This document shows, piece by piece, positions 47,121 through 57,633 of a stretch of DNA of 64,000 nucleotides. The position numbers and the translations under genes are program-made. Below the pieces are notes generated by a model, which saw only the letters and a program-made list of their open reading frames with translations, made no database searches and was not told where the DNA came from. Every line of letters begins with the position of its first letter. Within the stretch, counting starts at the first letter, position 1. The stretch spans positions 1,472,001 to 1,536,000 of the forward strand of contig JBPOGI010000001.1 of assembly GCA_051251855.1 (NCBI GenBank), read 5' to 3'. The stretch comes from Roseibacillus sp. (GTDB lineage: Bacteria > Verrucomicrobiota > Verrucomicrobiia > Verrucomicrobiales > Akkermansiaceae).

Positions 47121-50100
47121 ATGCAGAATCTTCCCTCAAATCTTCCGCCTCAAAGGGGGTTTTCTCTCATCGTCACAGTCACGATGATGATCCTACTTTC
47201 CTTGATTGCGGTTGGTCTCCTTTCGCTCTCCACCACGGTCCTCCGTTCTTCGGGTCACACCAATGCCGAAATGGTCGCCCGTGCCAATGCTCGTATGGCT
47301 CTCCAAATGGCCATTGGCGAACTTCAAAAAAGCCTCGGTCCCGACACCAGAGTGACCGCCAACGGTTCTATTCTTGAAGGAAGAGAACCAGTCGGAAAAG
47401 GCAATCAACATCTCCTCGGGGTCTGGAACGCGTGGCAACAAAACCCTCTCCAAGTGGGCAACTACGACCAGCAAAAACAAGGCGAACCCAACGACGAGGA
47501 GGACGACTCTGGAGCTCCCCTTCCCAACGGCGGGTTCCACCGTTGGCTGGCATCATCACGCGATGATGCAAACATCTCAGAAGTCAGCTTCATCTCCGAC
47601 ACCCCGCAAGAACCCACTGTTCAGCTCGTTCCCGAGACTCAGGCAGGCCAAGATGAAGTCAGAGTGGCTGCTGTCGCACTGAATTCCGCCGATGGCCGCA
47701 ACTCGGGCCGTTACGCCTGGGCGGTCTTTGACGAGAACCAAAAAGCAGCCCTCAACCCAAGTGTCCCCGACCCTCAACAATCGACCCACACTCCTCTTCA
47801 AACCGTAGCCCTGCAACAAGAACCCGCCTGGGAGAACAGCAACGAGCTCAAAGGAGTGGCCTCTATTCCCCGCGAAGAACGGGAAAAGCTTCTCTCCAAC
47901 AACACCATGAAACTCGCCTCCGTGCCAGACGCCGAGAGGTATTTCCACGACGTCACGGCCTTCTCTTCGGGCCTTCTCACCGACGTTACCAAGGGAGGCA
48001 TGAAGAAAGACTTGAGCCTACTCTTTCAAGACGAGGAACTCCCCAATAGCTTTTCTGAAGAGAAAATCTACCTCTATTCAGGAACCCAAGAAGGTCTCAT
48101 CGACGCGCCGGACCGTGGTGATCATCCCTTCGCTTTTCCCAGCCCCGATCCCAAGTGGAGTCTCCTCCACCAGTTTCACCGCATTCCCCTCGACCACTTG
48201 AATGGAAGCGGCGAATCGGCCCGCCTCTCCTTCAACATGCAGGGCGAAGGCAACGATTCGAGCAACTCGTTCCCTTTCCGCATGCGCAACCTTCGGCCCA
48301 ACACAGAGTATCACGACGCACTTAAGCTTTCGCCGGTGATCTCCAAAGCTCAGTTCATTTTTTCCATCACCTACACCACCTCCAACAGCCTCTATCAGAA
48401 CAGCGCCAACTGGAGAGCGGGCATCTGGCGACATGACCCCCAAGGCGAAAACTCGGAATGGACCGCCTCCGCAGTGATGTATGTCGATCCGGTGATCACC
48501 CTTTGGAATCCCTACGACATCCCCATGGACGTCGAGGACTTTCGCATCTATCTCTATCGCATCCCCCTCGCCTTCGGTTTTAAAAATCTCACCCACAACG
48601 ACTGGCGCACGACCAAGCCCTTCTTCGACTTTGCGGAGATGGGATTCTATCGTCAAAACCGCCAGAGCAATGGCAATGGCGACATCAACCCCATTGGCTT
48701 TCCCCTCGCTATCAAGTCAGAGAACCCCGGCGAACCTCTCGTCCTCCTTCCCGGCGAACACCGGGTCTTCTCAGCCCACAACCGGGTCACCCTTTGGCAA
48801 AGCATTCGCGACAGCAACGCGCCCACTCCGACCCTTGAAATGAAACCCGGATGGAACCCTCCTTCTGAAAATTCCTCCTCCAATGCCGATGTCGGCGGCA
48901 TCGAAATTTCCTATCTCTGCCCTGACCCCGACAACTGGGGACACGGTGCGGAATACATCGGCTACCCCATCAATCCCAACAAACCAAGGGTGGAGCAAGC
49001 TTGGGGAACCCCTCACATTCTTGTCAAACAGGGAGACCAACTGGGCATCACCGTCAAGCCCTCGGTCTCCGATGCCGGCAACTTCGAAACCGTAGGCAAG
49101 CAATCCCTCGACTTCTATCTCCGCTACGGCGAATGGGTTTCCGACGACAAAATCAAGCCCAAGAGCGAACACAAAGAGCACTCCGATTTCGGAGCCATCG
49201 AATTCAACTTCGGTCCCGATATCGAAGAAGAATTCACCCAACTGGATCCGGAAATTCATATTCCGGTTTTTCCTATCGAATCTGACGACATCGATTCTAA
49301 CAAAGCCACTGCTAAGGTTCGCAAAAAACCCTTTCTAGCCGCCACCCTTCATCTCAAGTCGCTCATCGAGGAAAGCTCGTCGGTTACCAATCAATACCCC
49401 TCGAAAGCTTGGCTCCACTCCAACCCCACCCTCATCTATGCCAGCGCGGGGATGGGAGGCGACACCACCAGCCTCGGCGCCCAGCAATATCAATTCACCT
49501 ACGAACCCATCCAAGGCGACTGGCTCGACGGAAACGTGCCCGAAATCGGTATCAACGAGCGCGACCAAGGGTTCGGCGGCCCTTCACCCGGTGTGACCTA
49601 TGGCCGTCCTTTTGCGCCCTTCGTTTCCCTTCCGCGAGAAGCTCCCACTTCGCTCGCTCAGTTCCGGCACGCCCCCCTCAACCAATCCGGCCAACACCCT
49701 TTGCAGGCGCAAGTCCTCGCCAACTCCTTCGCCCACCCCCTCCTCGCCCAGGACAAGGTTGTCGATACTGCCAACAAGAGATTGGACCACTCCTTCCTGG
49801 CCAATCTTGCTCTCTTCGATAGCACTTTCCTTTCCTCCGCTCAAAACGACGACGCTCTGATTGACGCGCTCGACGGCAAAGAAGAACTGCCCAATTCACG
49901 CTTTCAAGTGAGCGTTCCCACTTCGATTTCTGACCCCTCCGGCATTCTCAACGAAGGGGACGACTCCTATCGCAAGTCCGCGGCCTTCCTCTCGGTAGAC
50001 GGCGCCTTCAATGTCAATTCCACTTCCAAACTCGCGTGGATGACTCTGCTCTCAGGCTTCACCGGCGAAGACATCCCCGCCCTCACCGCCATGGATTCGA

Positions 50101-50825
50101 AAGAGTTGGGTGAAGTGAAACGAACCCCTGGCAACCCCCTCTTCTCGCGCTACAACGTGCCTCTCGAGGAAACCCTTGGCGATAATCTGGACGAATTTGG
50201 AACCACCAGCGAAGGACTCGCCTGGACTGGTCAGCGCCGTCTCAACCAACAGGAAATCGAACAACTCGCCGAACAAATTGTCGTCGAAGTCAAACGCCGT
50301 GGCCCCTTCCAGTCGTTGGCGGAGTTTGTTAATCGACGGGCCGAAAAAAGCGAATTGGCACAAGTCGGCTGCCTCCAAGCGGCCATCGACAACAGCGGCC
50401 TCAATGAGGAGGCCGAGCAAAGCGAAAGCCTCGAACTCAGCGGAACCGAACCCGGTAGCGAGTCCTTTGAGAATACCGAAGCAGCCGAAGGAAACTCCAT
50501 GGAAGGAACCCCCGGCTACCTCACCCAAGGCGACCTTCTGCATACCATCGCCCCTATTCTCACCGTGCGCGCGGACACCTTCAAAGTGCGAACCTATGGA
50601 GCCGCTACCGACCGGGCAGGACGAGTCATCTCCGAAGCCTGGTGCGAAGCTATCGTGCAACGCAGCCCCGATTTCCTCGACTCAGCCAATCAAGCCTACG
50701 ACTACCGCAACCCCTCCACGGGAGAATTCGAACTCAGCGAGACCAACCGTAAATTTGGCCGTCGTTTCAACCTCATCTCTTTTCGCTGGCTTCGCAAAGA
50801 AGAGGCTGAACAAACTGTCACGTAG
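47121..50825 (+). CDS. Giant PilX/GspK-like protein (Verru_Chthon cassette protein A-like), paralog 1
   Basis: Prepilin-like 'QRG|FSLIVTVTMMILL', 'ARANARMAL..AIGELQK..GPD.RVTA', 'GRYAW', 'GAFNVNSTS', 'RGPF.SLAEFVNR', 'FGRRF...SFRWL'. Start placed at ATG 47121. Confidence 0.8.
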   Translation: MQNLPSNLPPQRGFSLIVTVTMMILLSLIAVGLLSLSTTVLRSSGHTNAEMVARANARMALQMAIGELQKSLGPDTRVTANGSILEGREPVGKGNQHLLGVWNAWQQNPLQVGNYDQQKQGEPNDEEDDSGAPLPNGGFHRWLASSRDDANISEVSFISDTPQEPTVQLVPETQAGQDEVRVAAVALNSADGRNSGRYAWAVFDENQKAALNPSVPDPQQSTHTPLQTVALQQEPAWENSNELKGVASIPREEREKLLSNNTMKLASVPDAERYFHDVTAFSSGLLTDVTKGGMKKDLSLLFQDEELPNSFSEEKIYLYSGTQEGLIDAPDRGDHPFAFPSPDPKWSLLHQFHRIPLDHLNGSGESARLSFNMQGEGNDSSNSFPFRMRNLRPNTEYHDALKLSPVISKAQFIFSITYTTSNSLYQNSANWRAGIWRHDPQGENSEWTASAVMYVDPVITLWNPYDIPMDVEDFRIYLYRIPLAFGFKNLTHNDWRTTKPFFDFAEMGFYRQNRQSNGNGDINPIGFPLAIKSENPGEPLVLLPGEHRVFSAHNRVTLWQSIRDSNAPTPTLEMKPGWNPPSENSSSNADVGGIEISYLCPDPDNWGHGAEYIGYPINPNKPRVEQAWGTPHILVKQGDQLGITVKPSVSDAGNFETVGKQSLDFYLRYGEWVSDDKIKPKSEHKEHSDFGAIEFNFGPDIEEEFTQLDPEIHIPVFPIESDDIDSNKATAKVRKKPFLAATLHLKSLIEESSSVTNQYPSKAWLHSNPTLIYASAGMGGDTTSLGAQQYQFTYEPIQGDWLDGNVPEIGINERDQGFGGPSPGVTYGRPFAPFVSLPREAPTSLAQFRHAPLNQSGQHPLQAQVLANSFAHPLLAQDKVVDTANKRLDHSFLANLALFDSTFLSSAQNDDALIDALDGKEELPNSRFQVSVPTSISDPSGILNEGDDSYRKSAAFLSVDGAFNVNSTSKLAWMTLLSGFTGEDIPALTAMDSKELGEVKRTPGNPLFSRYNVPLEETLGDNLDEFGTTSEGLAWTGQRRLNQQEIEQLAEQIVVEVKRRGPFQSLAEFVNRRAEKSELAQVGCLQAAIDNSGLNEEAEQSESLELSGTEPGSESFENTEAAEGNSMEGTPGYLTQGDLLHTIAPILTVRADTFKVRTYGAATDRAGRVISEAWCEAIVQRSPDFLDSANQAYDYRNPSTGEFELSETNRKFGRRFNLISFRWLRKEEAEQTVT

Positions 50826-50830
50826 CAATC

Positions 50831-51517
50831 ATGAATCGAACCTACCTCCCCTTGCTCGTGGCCATCTGCTCTTGTCTCAGCATGCCCGCTCAGGATGTAA
50901 AAACCCAGAAAGTCGGCTTCTTCGCTTTCAAAGCTCCCGTTTTTCCCGCCGAAGTTTACCTCCAGATCGGGAAAGGCAAGTTTGAGAAAGTCCGCCTCGT
51001 CGGAGCCAATGCCAGCAAGCCCCTCGCGGTCATCAACAGCAATGACTCCATCACTCTCTATGCCGAACCCATTCTCGATGCCGAGGGTGAAGAGCGCTAT
51101 CCCATCATCGGACGCGTCAAGGTGCAGGCCAGCTGGCCCTCGGCCTTTGTCGTTCTCAGCGGAAAAATGGAGGACGACCAGGTCCGCTACACAGGAACCT
51201 CCTTTCCCATCAGCAAAGACAACTTCCCCAGCGGCAGTATCAAGTTTGCCAATCTCAGCAAGAAACCCATCCGCGGAAAACTCGGCAGAGCAGTCTATAG
51301 CATCGCCCCCGGAAAAATCGAAACTCTTCGCTTCCAAGACCCGGAAGGAACTCTCGTCCCGGTTGTTTTCCAATTTCAAAATAAGGACAAAAGCTGGGCC
51401 CGCATGACCTCCAATCGCTGGCGCGTCCCCAAGGACGGCCACCGCATCATGTTCGCTTACCAAGAACCAGACTCCAAAGTCGTCCGCACCAAAACCATCC
51501 CCATCCGCGACAACTAA
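50831..51517 (+). CDS. Secreted hypothetical partner of the pilin-like gene, paralog 1
   Basis: Signal peptide, 5 bp after the upstream stop, basic and beta-rich, similar to 59563..60336. Confidence 0.75.
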   Translation: MNRTYLPLLVAICSCLSMPAQDVKTQKVGFFAFKAPVFPAEVYLQIGKGKFEKVRLVGANASKPLAVINSNDSITLYAEPILDAEGEERYPIIGRVKVQASWPSAFVVLSGKMEDDQVRYTGTSFPISKDNFPSGSIKFANLSKKPIRGKLGRAVYSIAPGKIETLRFQDPEGTLVPVVFQFQNKDKSWARMTSNRWRVPKDGHRIMFAYQEPDSKVVRTKTIPIRDN

Positions 51518-51614
51518 GTCCAAACTCTTGTTCGCCTCCCCCCGCACAAATCACACAAAAGCCCAAAGCGAGCGAAAGCTTTCCTCTTCAAGAAAAGCAA
51601 CTAGGCTGACAATT

Positions 51615-53600
51615 ATGATTACTCGATTTATTCTACTGATGGCCCTAGTTGTCAGATTGGAAGGCTCATTTGAAGGGCAGTGGGCACTGGAGATGTCAAA
51701 TGGAGATGCCGGTTGGTTATCATTGAAAAAGGGAGCGGATGCATGGCAGGGTGAACTCTGGGTTGTGGGACAGGGCAAGAAGCTGCAGAAATTTTCGGAA
51801 GAGGATGAGTGCTTGGTGTTCTTTAAGAGTCTGCGGGTTGGGCCATCCGAGTTTCCGGGCGGTCCGCCGACCGGTAAGCGCTTGCCTTGTCGTCACGAGA
51901 TTCGACTCAAAGGAAATGGTATTGAAGTCGAGACAATCTTTCCCGAAGAGTCGGGACGAAATGGCAGTCAGATTCATCTCGGGAAGCGCCTGCCAGCGAT
52001 GCCACCCCGACCTGATTTGAGTGTAGTCAGGTTTGGAAGCGAAACCTCCTTATTCAATGGCCAAGACTTGGCGGGTTGGGTGTTAACAAACGACGAACAA
52101 ATCAATGGTTGGAAGGCGGCAGACAGCGAATTGGTAAACGAGACGCCGAAGATTTCCTTCGATCCTTTTTCGAAGTATGGCAACCTGCGGACAATTCAGA
52201 AGTTTGGCGATGGAAAGTTGACGATTGAATTCAATGTGCCCAAGGGAGGGAATAGTGGAATCTATCTTCGCGGGGCCTACGAAGTCCAAGTGGTCGATCG
52301 GGAGAGCAAGATGCAGGGAATCAATGGAGTGGGTGCGGTTTTCGGCCGCGTCGAGCCGACGGAGAATGCAGGCCGCGAAGGAGGTGAGTGGCAGAAATAC
52401 GAAATCACCATTGTTGATAGGCATGCCACCGTGGTTCTGAACGGGGTGACCGTCATTGATAACGAGCCCGTGATCGGCAATACGAATGGAGCCTATCAAT
52501 CCGATATCACTAAAGCGGGACCGCTCTTTCTCCAGGGAGATCACACCGCCGTCAAATATCGTAACATCACCTTTCGTCCTGTGATCGAGAAGCTGAAAGC
52601 AGATGACAAAAACCCGACGAAGAATTTTTCCGAATGGGATAAGAATCAGGATGGCATGGTGCGCAAGGACGAGCTGCCAGAAGAGTATCGGGGTGACTTT
52701 GCGTGGGCTGATTTGGATGACAATGGCGACTGGTCATTGGAAGAGGTTCGGCAGTTCTCAATCTATTGGCCTCGCATGGAGTCGGGCAAAGCGCGTTTGC
52801 CTGAAGGGGTAACGGTGTTAGAGGATGTTCCCTATGTGAAGGACGGGCATGAGCGGCAGAAGCTCGACCTCTATTTGCCAAAGGATGGCGGAACGAAGAG
52901 ACCATTGGTGGTGTGGATTCATGGTGGAGGTTGGAAGACGGGCACCAAGGAGGTCTTGAAGGGACAGGAAAGATTACTGGAAAAGGGTTTCGTGTTAGCT
53001 TCGATCAACTATCGCTTGTCGAGTCACGCGCTCTTCCCTGCTCAACTCCACGATTGTAAGGCCGCGCTGCGTTTTCTGCGCTCCCATGCGGAGAGCTACG
53101 GAATCGATGGCGTTCGAATTGGGGTTTGGGGAAGCTCTGCGGGAGGTCATTTGGCCTCCTTGATCGCTACCAGCGGTAACGTTGAGGAGTTGGAAGGTGA
53201 CATTGGAACGACAGGAGTCTCGAGTTCGGTGCAAGCGGGGGTCATGTATTTTGGCCCCACCGATTTGGTGGCTGCAGGAAAAGAAGAACAAGCGTTGAAG
53301 GAAGGCTCTGCCTTGCGTCGTCTCCTGGGAGGTTTGGCTGGAGAAGAGAAGCTCGCACTCGCTCGACAAGCATCGCCCATCGCGCATATCGATCCCGAAG
53401 ATCCTCCAATGCTCACCTTGCAAGGAACGGCAGATCCTCTGGTGCCAGCTTGGCAGGCGGAGCGTTTCCACGCCAAGCTGCTAGAGTCAGGTGTCGACTC
53501 GCAATTGATGATACAGGAGGGTGCGGGTCACGCATTCTTTGATGGTGAGCAGGAGCTCGCTGCGGTGGTCGCCTTCTTTGAGAAAACTCTGAAGGAGTGA
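51615..53600 (+). CDS. Fusion: DUF1080 (3-keto-disaccharide hydrolase-like) + EF-hand pair + alpha/beta-hydrolase esterase
   Basis: 'LFNGQDLAGW', 'GNSGIYLRG.YEVQ', 'LQGDH...YRNI'; 'DKNQDG', 'DLDDNG'; 'HGGGW', 'GSSAGG', 'QG..D.LV', 'GAGH'. Start placed at ATG 51615. Confidence 0.85.
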   Translation: MITRFILLMALVVRLEGSFEGQWALEMSNGDAGWLSLKKGADAWQGELWVVGQGKKLQKFSEEDECLVFFKSLRVGPSEFPGGPPTGKRLPCRHEIRLKGNGIEVETIFPEESGRNGSQIHLGKRLPAMPPRPDLSVVRFGSETSLFNGQDLAGWVLTNDEQINGWKAADSELVNETPKISFDPFSKYGNLRTIQKFGDGKLTIEFNVPKGGNSGIYLRGAYEVQVVDRESKMQGINGVGAVFGRVEPTENAGREGGEWQKYEITIVDRHATVVLNGVTVIDNEPVIGNTNGAYQSDITKAGPLFLQGDHTAVKYRNITFRPVIEKLKADDKNPTKNFSEWDKNQDGMVRKDELPEEYRGDFAWADLDDNGDWSLEEVRQFSIYWPRMESGKARLPEGVTVLEDVPYVKDGHERQKLDLYLPKDGGTKRPLVVWIHGGGWKTGTKEVLKGQERLLEKGFVLASINYRLSSHALFPAQLHDCKAALRFLRSHAESYGIDGVRIGVWGSSAGGHLASLIATSGNVEELEGDIGTTGVSSSVQAGVMYFGPTDLVAAGKEEQALKEGSALRRLLGGLAGEEKLALARQASPIAHIDPEDPPMLTLQGTADPLVPAWQAERFHAKLLESGVDSQLMIQEGAGHAFFDGEQELAAVVAFFEKTLKE

Positions 53601-53843
53601 GTCACGCTACTTCTTTGTTTGAGACAATCGAAGGACGAAACCACCACGTCGCGCGAGATTGGCGACAGCCAAGACGATAGAGCCTTCGGGAGTTCTCTTG
53701 TAACAAAGGCAAAAAGTAAGGTCCGAGGCCTTTGTGATTTTCTTGAGTCTCAGCCCGTTGGCAAGGTTGAAGCTCGCGCATCTCGAGTTCTCACCCCGAC
53801 AACTCTCAAAAAATAATTGAAGGGAGACGTGACAACAATCACT

Positions 53844-55229
53844 TCAATCCCCTAGCCCATTCTGTATCCGCTTCACTTTCTCTTCGCTCAAATCAAATCG
53901 AGAAAGGACGAGGATCGCCACCAAAATCGCCACACTCGGAACAACAGTGTAGATAATGCGAATCCAGGTCACCGTTCCCTCACTTTGATTGCCACCCAAT
54001 GAGGCGTCGAATCCCGAAAGGTCCAAAACAAACCCCGAAATCACCAAGGCAACTGCGGATCCCACTCGAATCGTGAGCCCGAACACGCCTCCGAACATTC
54101 CTTCTCTTCTCTCGCCCGTGCGCTGCTCCTCCAAATCAACAACATCAGGAATCATCGCCCGCTGTAAGTTCCAAATCGAGGTGAAGGCAAATGCCTGAAT
54201 CAAGTCCGGAATCAAAACCAGCACCGGCAAGACTGGAGTGTAACAAGGCCACTTCAACAAATTTCCAATGAGAGCGATCACAAGGGCCAATATCAGAGTT
54301 TTCTTCTTTCCGAGCAATTTCGAGAGACGGACCATCGTTGGAATTCCTAACAAAGACCCTCCGATAGCCGCATAGCCAGCCATACTCAGGATCATCCCCG
54401 AAGCACTCGACTTCTCTCCTCCGTAGACATGGTAGATAATCGTGTAGTAACCAAGGGGAGCAACCATGGTTGTCCCCACAATCAGAATCGAATTTGCTGA
54501 AACGACGAGCGCGAAGTATCGGTTTTGCAAGGTCTCTCGGGCCGCAATCAGGATCTCGAATCTTCTCTTCTTAATAGGCTTCAGCAACTTACCCTTCTCG
54601 GAAGCCACGAAGCATGGACCCAAAGCCATTGCTAAGATTAAGAAGGCGAATAAAAATCCCGCATAGCGCATTCCCTCCACCGGGTTGTCAAACATCGGAA
54701 GAGCGATGAACCAATAGAGACTCGCAACGAGAAGTCCTCCAACCTTCGCCAAAGCCGCTCGGTAAGCCATCACCGATGTCCGGCCTTGATAATCGGACGA
54801 CATCTCCATCCCCAATGCGTCGTATGGAATCGAGTAGAGAGAATTGCTGAGATACAGCAGCAAGCAGGTGCCCAAGAACCAGACGGCATAAAACTGCTGT
54901 GACATTCCCGCAGGAGCCATCCACATCAGGGCGAAGAAAATCGCGCTCAGTATTCCACCAGCTATGAGCCAAGGGGTCCGTCTCCCGAAGCGGCTGCGTG
55001 TCTTGTCTGACAAATGCCCGACAAAAGGCCCGAGTAGCGCTTCCCCAAGACGAGAAATAGCCAATACCGCACCCACCAATCTCGGGTCAACCCCTAGCGA
55101 ATCGTTAAATATCGGATTCGCCATTTGCCCCACGGAACCATTCAAGGTTCGCTCCGAGGCTCCTCCCCAACCAAAGGCCACTCTGGTCCGGAATTCAGAT
55201 TTCTTCTCGTTAACCACCTCCGCCACCAA
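53844..55229 (-). CDS. MFS sugar transporter, glycoside-pentoside-hexuronide (MelB-like) family
   Basis: About 12 TM segments, 'G..SDKTRSRFGRR.PW', 'IPY.ALG.EM..D...RT', 'M.PDV.D..E..TG.RREG.F'. Confidence 0.92.
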   Translation of the reverse strand: MVAEVVNEKKSEFRTRVAFGWGGASERTLNGSVGQMANPIFNDSLGVDPRLVGAVLAISRLGEALLGPFVGHLSDKTRSRFGRRTPWLIAGGILSAIFFALMWMAPAGMSQQFYAVWFLGTCLLLYLSNSLYSIPYDALGMEMSSDYQGRTSVMAYRAALAKVGGLLVASLYWFIALPMFDNPVEGMRYAGFLFAFLILAMALGPCFVASEKGKLLKPIKKRRFEILIAARETLQNRYFALVVSANSILIVGTTMVAPLGYYTIIYHVYGGEKSSASGMILSMAGYAAIGGSLLGIPTMVRLSKLLGKKKTLILALVIALIGNLLKWPCYTPVLPVLVLIPDLIQAFAFTSIWNLQRAMIPDVVDLEEQRTGERREGMFGGVFGLTIRVGSAVALVISGFVLDLSGFDASLGGNQSEGTVTWIRIIYTVVPSVAILVAILVLSRFDLSEEKVKRIQNGLGD

Positions 55230-55456
55230 AGGAAGGTAGCAATCCGAAAGCAGATTGAAACAAGGAAGCAGACCCTTTTCACCCTCGCATCACTGCTTGT
55301 CCTTGATTCGGCCGCTATGCTTCTTCCTCGACCACGAGGCTTCTGAAGACCATCTACCGCTACCTCACCAAAGAAATGCTAGCATAAACTCGACACTTAA
55401 AACATCGTGTCGTGGCAATCTCCTTTGAGCAACTGAGACCCACCTTAGCTTCACCA

Positions 55457-57535
55457 ATGACTATTCCACTCACATTTATTTTATTCACTTCCTTTGCGAC
55501 CGCGCAGATGAAGGAAGCTCCCGTTTTCACTCCGAACACCACTCTCCCCTACCTCGAAGAGGGAGGTGTTCAAAGCTACTGCATCAATAGTAGCACCGGA
55601 CCTTCTCTCCGCGTGGAGGTCGGCACGAGCCATGACTGGCCATTCGCGACTCTTGTCCCCGAGGGTGGATTCGACTTTTCCGACTATGGTTCACTGAGCT
55701 TTCCTGTCACCAACTCCGGTCATCATCCAGTGCAAGTCTATTGCGTGCTAGAGAGCCAACTTCCCGACAAACCTGAAAGCCTGGTGAAGCGCCAGTTCAG
55801 CATTGAGCTCGACGTTTCAGCAGCAGGCGTCATCACCATTCCTCTTGTCGAGCACACCATGCCTGCCAACCTCAAACGCGAAGACTTCTTCGGCATGCGC
55901 GGCCTTCCCTTTTTTCATATTCATTCGCTGCATCTCAAACACATCACCAGCATCAAGTTCTACCTGAAGGGAGAGAACGTTCCCCGCGCCTTTCTTGTCG
56001 GCCCTTGGCTCCTGAATAGTCCTCCCCGCTCCGGAGACAAACCCAACGGAAGTCCCCTTCCCTTCATCGATGAGTTTGGTCAATATGTTCATCGGGACTG
56101 GCCCGGAAAGACAGGTTCGCTGCAACAAATGCGAGACCTAGCGAGCTCGCAAGCCAAGCTCCTGGATACCACTCCCCCCCCGGCCCCTTGGAATCAATAC
56201 GGTGGCCATAAAGAGGGAACCCAGCACGAAGCGACCGGATTCTTTCGGGTAGCCAACTATGAAGGCAAGTGGATTCTCATCGACCCTGAAGGCAAACCTT
56301 TCTTTTCGCTCGGCGTGGATCATGTGGGCTACTCGGCAGGAACCATCATCAATGAACGCGAGACTTGGTTCGAACAACTTCCTGCTGACGATGAAGAGCA
56401 TCAGCGATTTTACTCCACATGGAAGCCCGACATTCCCAGCTATCACTTCTACGACAAAGACAGCCGCGTCTTCAATTTTCACCGCTACAACATCATGCGC
56501 AAATATGGTGAGAACTGGGAGCAGAAGTTTCTTGAGACCACCGCTCGCCGCCTTCCTGCGTGGGGAGTCAATACTCTCGGCTGTTGGTCAGATCCCAAGC
56601 TCTTCCCTCTCCGCAAGACTCCCTATGTCGGCTTTCTAAAGCCACGGGGCCCAGCCATCGAAGGTTCCTCCGGGCACTGGGGACCCTTTCTCGATGTTTT
56701 TCACCCCGAATTTGCAGCCAGCCTTGAGCGTTTGTTAGCGAGGGAAGTGAAAGCCCAGCGCACCTCTGACCCGTGGATGATTGGGTACTTCGTCGACAAC
56801 GAGCTTTCCTGGGGAGATGCCACCTCATTGGCTCTGGGAACTCTTAAAAGCCCTCCTACCCAGAGGGCCAAGATCGTCTTCATCGCCGACCTGAAAGCAA
56901 AGTATACCGAGATCGCAAAACTCAATTCCGCATGGCAATCTAACTACGCTTCGTGGGAAGCACTCTCTAAAAGCACCACTCCCCCCGCCATCGAGCCCGC
57001 CCGGGCAGACCTCGAGGCTTTTGTCATCAAGCTCTCCAACACTTACTTCCGCAAGGTCGCGCAAGCCCTCGAGAAACACGCACCCAATCACCTCTACCTC
57101 GGTTGTCGGTTCATGAAAGGGGCCGACAACTACCACGCTGTTCAGGCCTGTGCGAAGCACTGTGATGTGGTGAGCTTCAATGCCTATGTTCGCTATCTCA
57201 GCGAAGCTCTTCCCTCTTTTGACCTTGCGGGTAACAAGCCCATCATCATTGGCGAGTTTCACTTCGGAGCCCTCGATCGCGGCATGCTGCACACCGGCCT
57301 CGTTGATGTCGCGGACCAAGAGGAACGGGCCCAAGCCTTCACCCAATACGTCACCGACTGCATCTCCCATCCAAATATTGTCGGCTGCCACTGGTTTCAA
57401 TATGCAGATTCCCCCACCACCGGCCGCCAATGGGATGGCGAGAATTACCAGATCGGATTCACCGACACTGCTGACACCCCCTACCCCGAAATCATCGCAG
57501 CCAGCCGCAAAATTGGAGAGAAACTTTACGAATAG
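55457..57535 (+). CDS. GH50-like beta-agarase/galactanase with N-terminal CBM-like domain
   Basis: 'IDEFGQY...DWPGK', 'YGG...G....ATGFFR', 'W.LIDPEG..FFS.G', 'WG.NT.G.WS', 'IGYFVDNEL' and 'IGEFHFG' (catalytic Glu), 'VG.HWFQY.D', 'DGENY'. Confidence 0.85.
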   Translation: MTIPLTFILFTSFATAQMKEAPVFTPNTTLPYLEEGGVQSYCINSSTGPSLRVEVGTSHDWPFATLVPEGGFDFSDYGSLSFPVTNSGHHPVQVYCVLESQLPDKPESLVKRQFSIELDVSAAGVITIPLVEHTMPANLKREDFFGMRGLPFFHIHSLHLKHITSIKFYLKGENVPRAFLVGPWLLNSPPRSGDKPNGSPLPFIDEFGQYVHRDWPGKTGSLQQMRDLASSQAKLLDTTPPPAPWNQYGGHKEGTQHEATGFFRVANYEGKWILIDPEGKPFFSLGVDHVGYSAGTIINERETWFEQLPADDEEHQRFYSTWKPDIPSYHFYDKDSRVFNFHRYNIMRKYGENWEQKFLETTARRLPAWGVNTLGCWSDPKLFPLRKTPYVGFLKPRGPAIEGSSGHWGPFLDVFHPEFAASLERLLAREVKAQRTSDPWMIGYFVDNELSWGDATSLALGTLKSPPTQRAKIVFIADLKAKYTEIAKLNSAWQSNYASWEALSKSTTPPAIEPARADLEAFVIKLSNTYFRKVAQALEKHAPNHLYLGCRFMKGADNYHAVQACAKHCDVVSFNAYVRYLSEALPSFDLAGNKPIIIGEFHFGALDRGMLHTGLVDVADQEERAQAFTQYVTDCISHPNIVGCHWFQYADSPTTGRQWDGENYQIGFTDTADTPYPEIIAASRKIGEKLYE

Positions 57536-57633
57536 AGAGCTCCTCTTTTTCATTTCCCACAAATTTCCTCGTTAGGTTCGCCCCGCGAAGGAAGTCTTTT
57601 TATGGTAGCATTCTCGCTTGCCACCTAGACCTC

